From IMG/VR virus record IMGVR_UViG_3300027323_000003, positions 1 to 43,894 of that record: DNA of 43,894 nt. One strand, given 5' to 3'. Positions 25,327 through 35,008 of this stretch are shown here, piece after piece. The notes beneath the pieces were generated by a model. That model was not told where the DNA came from and did not search any database. It saw only the letters and a list, made by a program, of their open reading frames with translations. Origin of the DNA: a virus (Duplodnaviria > Caudoviricetes). A program made the translations under genes and the position numbers. Every line of letters begins with the position of its first letter. The stretch's first letter is position 1.

Positions 25327-26194
25327 TCTTTCCGACGTCTCCGATGCGCTGGTCGCGCTGATCGCGAGCACACTTTATCCGAACGGTACCGGGGGCGGCC
25401 AGAACTCGGTGGCGGGCTTGCCGTGCCGCATCTATGCCGGGTGGCCTACGCCCGCGCAGCTCGACGCGGATCTGGCCGCAGGCACCGCGCACGTGACGGT
25501 GTTCAACCGGCCGGAAGCCAAGAACACGACGCGCTACCAGACGGTCCCGCAAGAACAGACCACCACGCCGCCCGCGCTGACGCTGACCATCAATGGCCGC
25601 ACGGTCACGGTCGGCGGCGCCGTGGCTGCGGGCGTGAACACGGCTGTCATCGTCGGTACGAAGGGGTATGTCTACCAGACGCTCGGTACCGACACGCTGA
25701 ACAGCGTCGCCACGACGTTGGCCGGGTTGATCAACGCCGACTTCCCAGGCACCACGGCCACCGGCGCGGTCATTACGCTGCCATCCGCTGGCCCTGCGAT
25801 CACCGCGGCGCGCGTGGGCGGCTCTGGCCAGCAGGTCACGGAAGTGGGGCGGATCGAGCAGAGCTTCCAGATCACGATCTGGGCGAACACGCCGGCCAAC
25901 CGCAAAGCGATCGCGAGCCTCGTGGCTCCGACGCTCATGAACTCGCGTTTCATCACGCTGGCGGACGGCTCAGCTGCGCGCCTGATCGTCAAGCGGCAGT
26001 GTGATGACGACATGCGCCAGAAGGCGGTGCTGTATCGCCGCGACATTGTGGCGACGATCGAGTACGCGGAGACCCTGACAACCACCTCGACGGCTGTGGT
26101 CGACATCGTCGAGAACATTTCTGTCGGCGTGAACGGATACAACGGCACGACGAACAGCCAGCTGTACCCGAACACCACCACGACCAATATCTGA
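25319..26194 (+). CDS. Putative tail terminator/neck protein
   Basis: 291 aa upstream of sheath. Confidence 0.6.
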   Translation: MADLSDVSDALVALIASTLYPNGTGGGQNSVAGLPCRIYAGWPTPAQLDADLAAGTAHVTVFNRPEAKNTTRYQTVPQEQTTTPPALTLTINGRTVTVGGAVAAGVNTAVIVGTKGYVYQTLGTDTLNSVATTLAGLINADFPGTTATGAVITLPSAGPAITAARVGGSGQQVTEVGRIEQSFQITIWANTPANRKAIASLVAPTLMNSRFITLADGSAARLIVKRQCDDDMRQKAVLYRRDIVATIEYAETLTTTSTAVVDIVENISVGVNGYNGTTNSQLYPNTTTTNI

Positions 26195-26201
26195 GGACTC
26201 C

Positions 26202-26372
26202 ATGGACTTCCATCTGATCGTCAAAGAGCCGTTCGGCGGCTACGCGAAAGGCGACGAAATCACCGATTCTGCCGAGGTAGCGCGCGTGCTGGCCTCGGAG
26301 AACGAGAACCACGTGACCAAGCGCGCCGCGCCGCCGGCCGAGCCGGCCAAGGCGGGCAAGACCGCCGACTGA
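26202..26372 (+). CDS. Small hypothetical protein (56 aa)
   Basis: GAGGA RBS; MDFHLIVKEPFGGYAKGDEITD. Confidence 0.6.
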   Translation: MDFHLIVKEPFGGYAKGDEITDSAEVARVLASENENHVTKRAAPPAEPAKAGKTAD

Positions 26373-26396
26373 GCCGCCCCTTACCTCAAAGCCCTG

Positions 26397-26422
26397 AAGG
26401 CCCGCCAAGCGCGGGCCTTTTT
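26397..26422 (+). terminator. Intrinsic terminator
   Basis: AAGGCCCGC/GCGGGCCTT plus T-run. Confidence 0.65.
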
Positions 26423-26436
26423 CATTGGAGTCTCAG

Positions 26437-27963
26437 ATGACCCAGATTGTCCAGTACGGGCAGGTCAACACGACGGCGCTGATCGTTCCCGACCTGATCG
26501 TGCAGATCATTGCGCCCCAGGTGGCGCAGCTCAACGGCGTGCCGACCAACGTGGCCGGCTTCGTCGGTACCGCCCAATGGGGCCCTGTCAACTCGCCGAC
26601 CATCGTCGGCAGCATGGCCGACTATGCGCGCAACTTCGGCGCGATTCAGAACCGCCTGTACGACATGGGCACGGCCGTCGCTGCTGCTGTGCTGCAGGGT
26701 GCGAACAACTTCCGCTGCGTGCGCGTGACGGACGGCACCGATACGGCCGCAAGCATCATCGCGCTGGCGACCTGCATCACGTTCACGAGCAAGTACACCG
26801 GTACCCTTGGCAACAATGCTCAGGTGCAGGTTGCTCCTGGCTCGCAGGCCAACACGCAGAAGGCGATCGTGTCGATGCCTGGCCAGACGCCGGAAGTGTT
26901 CGACAACATCCAGGGCTCTGGCAACGCGCTGTGGGTCAACATGGCGAACGCCATCAACAATGGCCAGGTCGGCGCGCGCGGTCCGTCGCAACTCATTGTC
27001 GCGACGGCGGGTGCTGGAACGACTGCTCCGGCCGCGGCGACGTACTCGCTGACTGGCGGCACGGACGGCGTCACCACGATCACCAGCGCGATCCTGCTGG
27101 GACAGGACACCATCCCCCGCAAGGGTATGTACGCGCTGCGCGGCACTGGCGCCTCGGTCGCGGCGCTGGTCGATGTCTCGGACACCACCACCTTCGCCAA
27201 CCAGGTCGCCTACGGTCAGTCCGAAGGCACGTACATGGTCGGCGTCACGCCAGCGGGCGACACGATCACCAACGCCGTGTCGACCAAGGCGACGGCCGGT
27301 ATCGACAACTACTCGTTCAAGTACCTGTTCGGCGATTGGGTCTACTTCAACGACCCGGTCAACGGTGGCGTGCGCCTGATCTCGCCGCAGGGCTACGCAG
27401 TCGGTGTGATCGCCAACCTGGGCCCGCAGCATTCGTCGCTGAACAAGCAGCTGTACGGCGTCGTCGGCACGCAGAAGTCGTTCCAGAACCAGCAGTACAG
27501 CTCGGCGGAACTGCAGACGCTCGCGCAAGCAGGTATCGACCTGATCACGAACCCGATCCCTGCAGGCAACCAGTTCGGATTCCGGATCGGGCACAACAGC
27601 TCGTCCGATCCGACGCGCAACGGCGACAACTACACGCGGATGACCAACTACCTCGCGGCCACCACGGCTGCCGGCATGGGCATCTACGACGGGCGCCTGC
27701 AGTCGTCGCAGCCGACGGACCCGCTGCGCCGGAACGTGAAGGCCACGCTGGACAACTTCTATCTGGGGTTGCAGCAGCAGAACATGATCGACGACTTCAC
27801 CGTCCAGTGCGATCTGAACAACAACCCGCTGGCGCGCATTGCGCAGGGGTATCTGCAGGCCGATGTGCGTGTCCGCTACCTGGCGGTGGCCGAGAAGATC
27901 CTGATCAACCAGGAAGGCGGCCAGTCGGTGACGATCACGCGCCAGCAATTGCAGAGCTTCTAA
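26437..27963 (+). CDS. Tail sheath protein
   Basis: VAGFVGTAQWGPVNSP, LTGGTDG, VQCDLNNNP..IAQGYLQADVRV. Confidence 0.92.
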   Translation: MTQIVQYGQVNTTALIVPDLIVQIIAPQVAQLNGVPTNVAGFVGTAQWGPVNSPTIVGSMADYARNFGAIQNRLYDMGTAVAAAVLQGANNFRCVRVTDGTDTAASIIALATCITFTSKYTGTLGNNAQVQVAPGSQANTQKAIVSMPGQTPEVFDNIQGSGNALWVNMANAINNGQVGARGPSQLIVATAGAGTTAPAAATYSLTGGTDGVTTITSAILLGQDTIPRKGMYALRGTGASVAALVDVSDTTTFANQVAYGQSEGTYMVGVTPAGDTITNAVSTKATAGIDNYSFKYLFGDWVYFNDPVNGGVRLISPQGYAVGVIANLGPQHSSLNKQLYGVVGTQKSFQNQQYSSAELQTLAQAGIDLITNPIPAGNQFGFRIGHNSSSDPTRNGDNYTRMTNYLAATTAAGMGIYDGRLQSSQPTDPLRRNVKATLDNFYLGLQQQNMIDDFTVQCDLNNNPLARIAQGYLQADVRVRYLAVAEKILINQEGGQSVTITRQQLQSF

Positions 27964-27978
27964 CCCATCCCTGACCTG

Positions 27979-27998
27979 AGCCGCCTCCGGGCGGTTTT
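27979..27998 (+). terminator. Intrinsic terminator/hairpin
   Basis: CCGCC-TCCG-GGCGG-TTTT. Confidence 0.55.
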
Positions 27999-28018
27999 CC
28001 CATTTCTGGAGCTGATTC

Positions 28019-28450
28019 ATGTCTATCGGTCCATTCAATACCGGTCGGGACGTGGTGCTGGACGTCACGCTGCCCACCGGCCCGCTGCGCCTGCCGAGCA
28101 CCACCACTGGCTGGGAGGCCAAGCCAAAGTACAAGCAGATCGAGAGCATCGCCATCACCGGCGAGAACAACCACGCCAATATCCCCATCGGCTGGACGGG
28201 CACGATCGAACTTGATCGCACGGACAACGTCGTCAGCGACGCGTTCGCCACGATCGAAGCGAACTACTACGCCGGCATCAACATCGGCTACGCGACCATC
28301 ACCGAGACGATCAGCGAGTCGAACGGCTCGGTGACGCAGTATCGCTACACCAAGGTGTCGCTGCGCCTCGAGGAGAACGGCAAGTTCGTGGGCGACGACC
28401 GCGTGCAGGTCAAGATCGGCTTCGACGCGTCGCGCCGGATTCGCCTGTAA
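28019..28450 (+). CDS. Tail tube protein
   Basis: 143 aa beta-rich protein directly after sheath. Confidence 0.75.
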   Translation: MSIGPFNTGRDVVLDVTLPTGPLRLPSTTTGWEAKPKYKQIESIAITGENNHANIPIGWTGTIELDRTDNVVSDAFATIEANYYAGINIGYATITETISESNGSVTQYRYTKVSLRLEENGKFVGDDRVQVKIGFDASRRIRL

Positions 28451-28548
28451 GCCTTTCCGGCTGCGGATAGATTGGCCGATCGACAAGCGCGCATCCCTGA
28501 GCGCGTTTCCGCAGCCCCTTATCAGGGGTTTTACAGGGGAAACCCAAC

Positions 28549-28947
28549 ATGTCGAAAATACCCACCCTCGAACTGACTCCTGGTCAAGACGCGCCGGCGC
28601 CAGAAGCGCCGAAAGACGACAACATCGTCATCGATTCGACGGGCCGCGTCCTGAAGCTCGCCGAACTCGATGTGCTCGCCGAGAGCCGCCTGATCCGTCT
28701 GGTAGGCGCCGAGGCGGCGATCAACCAGGCTTACATGCAGCTCTACGTGATGCCTGCGATGGCGGTGGTCGAGATCGATGCCGAGCCGATGCCGCTGCCT
28801 CAGACGCAACGCGAGATCGACGCCGCGATCAGCCGACTCGGGCACCATGGCATCAATGCTGTCATCAAACACTGGGCCAAGCAGCGCGAGGACAAGGCGG
28901 ATCAGGCCGACAAAGAAGCCGCCGAGAAGGCCGCGCTAAAAAACTAG
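28549..28947 (+). CDS. Tail assembly chaperone (G-like)
   Basis: Follows tube; ends in slippery A AAA AAC TAG. Confidence 0.75.
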   Translation: MSKIPTLELTPGQDAPAPEAPKDDNIVIDSTGRVLKLAELDVLAESRLIRLVGAEAAINQAYMQLYVMPAMAVVEIDAEPMPLPQTQREIDAAISRLGHHGINAVIKHWAKQREDKADQADKEAAEKAALKN

Positions 28948-29150
28948 CCCGGAACCCTGCCTTTCAGGAGGCCTGCCTGCTCATGAAGAGCGGGGTTCCA
29001 TTTCACACGGCTCTGCGCATGCCCAAGGAAAGGGCCGACACGTTGCAGCTTGAACGGCTGGAGCGCCAGGCCTTCGCCATCAACTTCTCGATTCTGAACG
29101 GCGCCCAGTTCGACTGGGATGCTATGCGGTTCAAGGAGCCGAACGCATGA
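28944..29150 (+). CDS. -1 frameshift extension of chaperone (GT-like)
   Basis: 68 open codons in -1 frame (LARNPAFQEACLLMKSGVPF...FDWDAMRFKEPNA); stop overlaps next ATG. Confidence 0.7.
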   Translation, partial: LARNPAFQEACLLMKSGVPFHTALRMPKERADTLQLERLERQAFAINFSILNGAQFDWDAMRFKEPNA

Positions 29151-29623
29151 AGCAATTCAACAGCTTCGGGGCCTTCGCTGCGCACCTCGAGCGTCTGGCC
29201 GCTGCCGGGCCGGCCGTGACGCATCACATCGCGGACAAGGCTGCGGAGGAGATCCAGAAGACCGCGCAGGGCATGATCGGCGACTACCAGGAGGCGGTCG
29301 GCCCCTATCCCAAATGGGAAGAGCTGGCCGACTCGACTAAGGAAGAGCGCGCGCGGCTGGGGTTCTCGGAGAACGACCCGGGCTACCGCTCCGGGGCGAT
29401 GCAGGCCTCCATCGAGCGCACGGTGCACGGTTCCGAGGCCGCGATCGGCTCGAACGATCAGCACCTGGTCTGGTTCGATCTGGGCACGCCGAATCAGCCC
29501 CCGCGCCCGGTGCTCGGGCCGGCGGCGATTCACAGCGAGGGCAGGGTGAAGAAGATCATCGGCGCCACGGTCTTCGCGTGGCTGACGGGCAGGGGCTGGC
29601 GCAGGCCTCAGCGCTTGAAGTAG
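29147..29623 (+). CDS. Virion morphogenesis protein (HK97 gp10/Mu gpG-like)
   Basis: SGAMQASI...IGSND....FDLGT..QPPRPVLGPA. Confidence 0.7.
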   Translation: MKQFNSFGAFAAHLERLAAAGPAVTHHIADKAAEEIQKTAQGMIGDYQEAVGPYPKWEELADSTKEERARLGFSENDPGYRSGAMQASIERTVHGSEAAIGSNDQHLVWFDLGTPNQPPRPVLGPAAIHSEGRVKKIIGATVFAWLTGRGWRRPQRLK

Positions 29624-29853
29624 ACGAACAGGAAGACGGCGGCAAGGATCGCCAGATAGACCCCCACGCGGGGGACAAACAGCATCGCCGTTGGCAGGCA
29701 TATCGCGACGGCAGTGTTCATTTTCGGGCGCAGTTGCCAGCGCAGGCGCCAGCCGTGGGCGTGGCCACTGAGACTCCGGACGCGCGGTTTCGGGTACTGG
29801 ATCCAGCTAACCCGGTCTGCCAGCCACTCTTGGGCGCGGTAAATGAGGTCCAT
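29608..29853 (-). CDS. Small antisense-oriented membrane protein (moron)
   Basis: AGGGAG RBS; hydrophobic C-terminal half; fills the gap before tape measure; TACAAT upstream. Confidence 0.6.
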   Translation of the reverse strand: MDLIYRAQEWLADRVSWIQYPKPRVRSLSGHAHGWRLRWQLRPKMNTAVAICLPTAMLFVPRVGVYLAILAAVFLFVYFKR

Positions 29854-29889
29854 GGAGTCTCCCTGTAAGTTCTTGATTGTAGTGCACAC

Positions 29890-31809
29890 ATGATCAACGT
29901 CTACGAGATCGGCTCCACGCTGAAGCTGACGGACCTCGTCACGCCCAAGCTGCTGCAGCTGTCGCGCGAGTTCGCCAAGGTTGATTCGACCATCCTGCAG
30001 ATCAACAAGCGCCTCCAGAAGATGGGGGCGGAAGTGGTTGGGGTCCGCAACCTTGCCGCCTCGGCCAAGTCGCTGGGCGGCAGCCTGAAGAATATCGGCG
30101 ACCAGGCGAAGATCGCCGAAAGCCGGATGTTCGCCATGCGCGGCGCGTTGCCGGCTGGCGGTCTGGGCATCGAGGCAGAGCTGATCGCCGCGAATGCGCA
30201 GGCAAAGGCGCTTGCGGCCACGCTGACCGGCATCCGTGGCATTGGCCGTGGTGGCGCGCCGCTCCTGCCTGGTGCCGGTGGCGGCGGCGGTGGCCGGCAC
30301 GGCGGCCGCATCCATAGCGGCAACATGTACGTCGGCCCGAACGGGTTCGACATCGGCGGCGTCGGTCTGGGCATGGCCACGAACATGCTGGTGCCGCTCG
30401 CAGCCGCTGGCGCCGCAGTCTACGTCGGGCACAAGCTCTACGATTCGGCCAAGGATCTCCAGACTGAGCAAGCACGCTTCCGACTCTATGGTCTGAGCGA
30501 CGAGCAGAACCGCAGCGCCTACGAATTCGCGCACAAGCTGCGCCCGTTCGGCACGTCTGAGATCCAGACGATGCACTTCATGAACGAGGCGCAGGGCGTG
30601 TTCCGGGAGTCTGGGGCCAGCGGCGAGCACGCGCTGGAAGGCGCCAAGATGGCTGCGCCGTTCCTCGCCAAGATGATGTCGGCCAGCTCGGTCCTGTCAA
30701 GCGAGTCCAAGGCGAAGCTGGAGCACGAGTCGCTGGCCATGCTGCGCGCGGTCGAGCTGCAGGGCGGTGCCCGGGATACCGCGCAGTTCAGCAAGCTCGC
30801 TGACTTCGGCTTCCGCATGACGCAGACGTCCGGCGGCCAGGTGAACTGGGAACAACTGCGGCAGTTGTATCGGACTGGCGGTGTTTCGGTGCAGCGCATG
30901 AGCATGGATGCGATCGCCGAGCTCGAACCGCTGATCGGCGAATTCAAGGGCGGCCCGTTCGCCACGTCGATGCGCACGGCCTACAACCGCATGAACGGCA
31001 TCGTCAAGCTGCCGAACCAGGCTACGCACGAGCTGATGAACGCGGGGATCTGGGATGCGTCCAAGGTCCAACTGAACGCCAACGGCGGCATCAAGCGTTT
31101 CCTCGGTAATCCGCTGCAGCACGCCGATGAATACGCGACGAACCCGGCGGAGTACTACTTCAAGTACGTCAAGCCCTACTACGACAAGCAGGGCTACAAG
31201 GACACCGAACGCGATCGGATGAACGCCATGTTCTTCGGCAGCACCGGCGGCGCTCTGTTCTCGAAGTTCGATCAGCAGGAAGAGGTGATCAAAAAGGCCG
31301 GCGAGGCATTCCGCAAGGCCCTCGGGATCGACGCCGCGCTGGAGATCGCCAAGGGCACGGCAACGGGTGCGGAACAGGACTTCCAAGCGGCCTGGACGGA
31401 CTTCAAGACGGAGTTCGGCAAGAACGTGTTGCCCGCGGTGACCAGCATGCTGAAGGGCGGCGCGGACATCCTGAGAAAGATCACGGATGCGCGCGGTACA
31501 ACCGAGGGACAGGCGCAACTGGCGGCCGGCGGCTCGGTATGGCACGCCTACACGTGGCCCTGGCGTGCGGCGAGCAATGCGCTGTTCGGCAATGCCGAGG
31601 CCAAGACCCCGGGGCAGGATAGCCCGTATGTGAAGACAGGGCCGCAGCAGCCGATCAAGCTGCAGGCAACGATCAACCTCGACAAGCAGAAGGTCGGTGA
31701 GGTGGTCGCGGATTACCTTGCCGGTGGGCTTGGGCATGCGCAGACCACCAATTCTGGCTTCGACTTTACCCGCACGGCGCCGCCGATCGGGCACTCATAC
31801 GCGAAATAG
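29890..31809 (+). CDS. Tail tape measure protein
   Basis: 639 aa Ala/Gly-rich helical protein after chaperones. Confidence 0.8.
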   Translation: MINVYEIGSTLKLTDLVTPKLLQLSREFAKVDSTILQINKRLQKMGAEVVGVRNLAASAKSLGGSLKNIGDQAKIAESRMFAMRGALPAGGLGIEAELIAANAQAKALAATLTGIRGIGRGGAPLLPGAGGGGGGRHGGRIHSGNMYVGPNGFDIGGVGLGMATNMLVPLAAAGAAVYVGHKLYDSAKDLQTEQARFRLYGLSDEQNRSAYEFAHKLRPFGTSEIQTMHFMNEAQGVFRESGASGEHALEGAKMAAPFLAKMMSASSVLSSESKAKLEHESLAMLRAVELQGGARDTAQFSKLADFGFRMTQTSGGQVNWEQLRQLYRTGGVSVQRMSMDAIAELEPLIGEFKGGPFATSMRTAYNRMNGIVKLPNQATHELMNAGIWDASKVQLNANGGIKRFLGNPLQHADEYATNPAEYYFKYVKPYYDKQGYKDTERDRMNAMFFGSTGGALFSKFDQQEEVIKKAGEAFRKALGIDAALEIAKGTATGAEQDFQAAWTDFKTEFGKNVLPAVTSMLKGGADILRKITDARGTTEGQAQLAAGGSVWHAYTWPWRAASNALFGNAEAKTPGQDSPYVKTGPQQPIKLQATINLDKQKVGEVVADYLAGGLGHAQTTNSGFDFTRTAPPIGHSYAK

Positions 31810-31811
31810 GC

Positions 31812-32765
31812 ATGGCGACCATCCTCTCCCTTGGCGACGTGCTGTTTAACGATCTGGAAGCGCCTGAGCGCATTCCGTTCGGCGGTAGCCAGCAGTTGGT
31901 CGTGCACAAAATGGTCGGAGGCACGCGCACGGTCGATGCAATGGGCCGCGACGACTTGCCGTTAGGCTGGTCTGGCACCTTCATGGGGAAGGACGCTCTT
32001 TCGCGCGCACGGTACCTCGATGCGATGCGGATTGCCGGACAGGCGCTGCCTTTGGCATGGTCGGAATTGCTCTATACGGTGGTCATCCATCGCTTTTTGC
32101 CAGTTTTCGAGCGTGAATGGATAATCCCCTATTCGATCGTCTGCGAGGTGGTGGCAGACCATTCGCAACCGCAGACGTCGCTATCCGGCCCGTCGATCAA
32201 TGACCTGATCGGCGCGGATCTGTCGACGGCGAACTCGCTGACAGCATCGATCGGAAACGGCACGCTGACGGGCCTGATGGGCACGGTCAACACGGCCATC
32301 GCTGGGGTGTCGAGCCTTGCCAACGCCGCGCAGAGCACGATCAACGGCGTGTTGGCGCCGATCGCAGCCGTGCAGACGCAGGTATCGACGCTGATCGCCA
32401 GCGCCTCGAACACGATCGCCAATGTGTCGACGCTCGGCGGGATCGTGCCGAACAATCCGATCTCGGTCGCGGCGGCCAAGCTGACGTCTCAGGTCACGGC
32501 GTACCAGAGCCTGCCGACGCTCTACAACCTGCAATCGGTGATGGGGCGCATGTCGGCCAACCTGGGTGGCGTCTCTGGCGCCGCGCAGCAGATCACGATG
32601 GCCGGCGGCAACCTGATGCAACTCGCGGCCAATGTCTACGGCGACGCCAAGGCATGGACCGGCATTGCCAAGGCCAACAAGATCACGGACCCGGTGGTAC
32701 AGGGCGTGCAGACGCTGAATGTACCGGTGCGGCCGGACAACGCTGGCGGAGTGCTGAGTGGCTAA
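31812..32765 (+). CDS. Tail tube initiator/baseplate protein with C-terminal LysM-like domain
   Basis: NLMQLAANVYGDAKAWTGIAKANKITDP. Confidence 0.7.
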   Translation: MATILSLGDVLFNDLEAPERIPFGGSQQLVVHKMVGGTRTVDAMGRDDLPLGWSGTFMGKDALSRARYLDAMRIAGQALPLAWSELLYTVVIHRFLPVFEREWIIPYSIVCEVVADHSQPQTSLSGPSINDLIGADLSTANSLTASIGNGTLTGLMGTVNTAIAGVSSLANAAQSTINGVLAPIAAVQTQVSTLIASASNTIANVSTLGGIVPNNPISVAAAKLTSQVTAYQSLPTLYNLQSVMGRMSANLGGVSGAAQQITMAGGNLMQLAANVYGDAKAWTGIAKANKITDPVVQGVQTLNVPVRPDNAGGVLSG

Positions 32766-33903
32766 CAGTCTGAACATCGTCCCGGCCGTGCCAAGCGCAC
32801 GAGCGCCGCGGGGGATCGTCCTGCTCGGAGACCCGAACCAGCCTGGTACCCGCGTGCCGTGGGTGGACTGGGAGGTCGAGCAGAACGTCTGGCACTCGGC
32901 CAGCACGTTCCGCATGCGGTTGCCGATCTCCGCGCTGTCCGACCCGATCAACCTGAACTACATCCTAGGCACCAACCCGATTCAGGCACAGGTCTATGCT
33001 GGATTCCCCCCTAACCCGGACCAGTACGGCACATCGGACCTGCAGCAGCTGATCCTTGGCAACGTCGACAGCGTCAACTTCGATCCGTCTGGGCGGACGG
33101 TGGATATTTCAGGGCGGGACTACACGTCGCTGCTAATCGATTCGAAGACGTTTGACCGGTGGGCGAACCAGACGGCAAGCCAAATCGCGACGACGCTGGC
33201 CAAGCGGCACGGCCTGACGCCGCAGGTTACGCCGACCACAGGGCTCGTCGGCAAGATCTACGAGATCGACAAGATCCACGATCGCCACGGCACAACCGAG
33301 TGGGAGTTGCTGACTTGGCTTGCTGGCGTCTATGACTATGTGGTCTATATCCAGGGCATGACGCTTTACTTCGGGCCCAAGCCGGATCCAAAGACGGCGA
33401 CACCATACCTGATCCAGTGGCAGAACCCCGACCAGAACAGCGCGTTCTTCCAGGCGAACGTGCTGGATCTGGGGTTCTCGCGCACGTTGACGGTAGGCAA
33501 GGGCGTGATTGTCCAGGTGCACAGCTTCAACCACAAGCAGAAGGCCGGATTCTCCGTGACCTACCCGCAGGGGAAGGCGAAGGGCATCACGCCGGGCACG
33601 GCGAAGGCGCCAGCGCAGGTCTACAGCTACATCATCGCCAATCTGAGCCAGCAGGACGCCCAGGAGCGGGCCGCGAAGATCTACAACGACATCATCCGGC
33701 ACGAGCTCAAGATGAACGCCAACCTACCGGGCGACAACATCCTGGTGCCAAACGTGATGGTGCAGGTGTCCGGTACGCAGACGCCGTTCGACTCGCTCTA
33801 CTACGTCGAATCGGTGGCGAGGCGGATGAGCTTTGATGGTGCCTACCGGATGTCGGTGCGCGGCAAGAACCACAGTCTTGATACCTCGGTGATCCCGTCA
33901 TGA
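32758..33903 (+). CDS. Baseplate hub protein (gpD/Mu gp44-like)
   Basis: ISGRDYTSLLID, ASQIATTLAKRHGL, YYVESVARRMS. Confidence 0.8.
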   Translation: MANSLNIVPAVPSARAPRGIVLLGDPNQPGTRVPWVDWEVEQNVWHSASTFRMRLPISALSDPINLNYILGTNPIQAQVYAGFPPNPDQYGTSDLQQLILGNVDSVNFDPSGRTVDISGRDYTSLLIDSKTFDRWANQTASQIATTLAKRHGLTPQVTPTTGLVGKIYEIDKIHDRHGTTEWELLTWLAGVYDYVVYIQGMTLYFGPKPDPKTATPYLIQWQNPDQNSAFFQANVLDLGFSRTLTVGKGVIVQVHSFNHKQKAGFSVTYPQGKAKGITPGTAKAPAQVYSYIIANLSQQDAQERAAKIYNDIIRHELKMNANLPGDNILVPNVMVQVSGTQTPFDSLYYVESVARRMSFDGAYRMSVRGKNHSLDTSVIPS

Positions 33904-34553
33904 GCGTCTCTCACTTCGCCAACATCATGCGCGCGCATGCGCAGATGGCGCAGGGCGAGAAAACCACGCACCGGGTCGGGCAAATCACGGCTTATGACCC
34001 GAGTAAGTACGCCGTCCGGGTGAAGTTCTGGCCGGACACCGTGGAGAGCTCTGGCTGGATCCCGCTGGCCTCGACCTATGTAGGCGCGGGCTGGGGGCTG
34101 GTGGCTGCGCCGACCATCGGCGACCAGGTGATCGTCGCGTTCGATCGCGAGGATCAGGATGCCGGGGTTGTGGTCGGCCGGTTCTTCACCGATGTCGAGC
34201 AGCCGCCAGCCGCGCCGTCCGGTGAATTCTGGCTGGTGCACAAGTCGGGCTCGTTCCTGAAGTTTCACAACGACGGCACGGTGGAGCTTACGGCGAACAG
34301 CACCATGAAATACACGGCCACGCAGCATCACTTCGTCGGGCCAGTGCAGATGGATAGCACGCTGAACGTCAACCAGACGATCAGCGGCGAAGGCGGCATG
34401 TCGATCTCAGGCGACAACGGCAGTGGTCACGCTTCGACGGTTACCGGCAACACCAATTTCGTTGGCGGTGTAACGGCGAACGGTCACGACATCGGCAGCA
34501 CGCACCAACACATCAACTCCGGTGGCTCTGGCCTCGGCGGGGTGCCGCAATGA
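33900..34553 (+). CDS. Baseplate spike protein (gpV-like)
   Basis: SGWIP, PTIGDQVIVAF, C-terminal HQH metal-binding motif. Confidence 0.88.
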   Translation: MSVSHFANIMRAHAQMAQGEKTTHRVGQITAYDPSKYAVRVKFWPDTVESSGWIPLASTYVGAGWGLVAAPTIGDQVIVAFDREDQDAGVVVGRFFTDVEQPPAAPSGEFWLVHKSGSFLKFHNDGTVELTANSTMKYTATQHHFVGPVQMDSTLNVNQTISGEGGMSISGDNGSGHASTVTGNTNFVGGVTANGHDIGSTHQHINSGGSGLGGVPQ

Positions 34554-34951
34554 CCGTCCAATTACTCAACGACCTGAACCATCTCTGGGGCCAGGACATA
34601 GTCACGAGTCCGACCGGGGACCTTGGCGTGGTGAGCGCGGGAACGCGCAGCCAGCAGCGAGTGATCCGTCGGCTCTTGACCAACCCGCTCGATGCGAATG
34701 GGCCGCCGGATTATCCGTTGCACCCGACCTATGGGGCCGGGCTCGCGCGGTACGTCGGCCAGGCCGTCGACGCGGGCAAGCTGCGCGCGCTGATCCGCGG
34801 CCAGATGCTGCTGGAGGATTCAGCGGCAAGGAATCCCGAGCCGCAGATCACCGTGACGCGCCCTGACCCGTCAACGATCTCGGTCTATATCCGGTACACG
34901 CTGGCCGGGACGGGCGCGCCGGTAACGCTCTCATTCAACGTGAACGCATAA
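34550..34951 (+). CDS. Baseplate wedge protein (gp25/W-like)
   Basis: RRLLTNP..DYPLHPTYGAGL. Confidence 0.8.
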   Translation: MTVQLLNDLNHLWGQDIVTSPTGDLGVVSAGTRSQQRVIRRLLTNPLDANGPPDYPLHPTYGAGLARYVGQAVDAGKLRALIRGQMLLEDSAARNPEPQITVTRPDPSTISVYIRYTLAGTGAPVTLSFNVNA

Positions 34952-34973
34952 GCGCTCACTGCCTGACAACTGG

Positions 34974-34993
34974 GCCGCCTTCGGGCGGCTTTT
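34974..34993 (+). terminator. Hairpin with TTCG loop and T-run
   Basis: GCCGCC-TTCG-GGCGGC-TTTT. Confidence 0.55.
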
Positions 34994-35008
34994 CCATTCC
35001 TGGACGCC

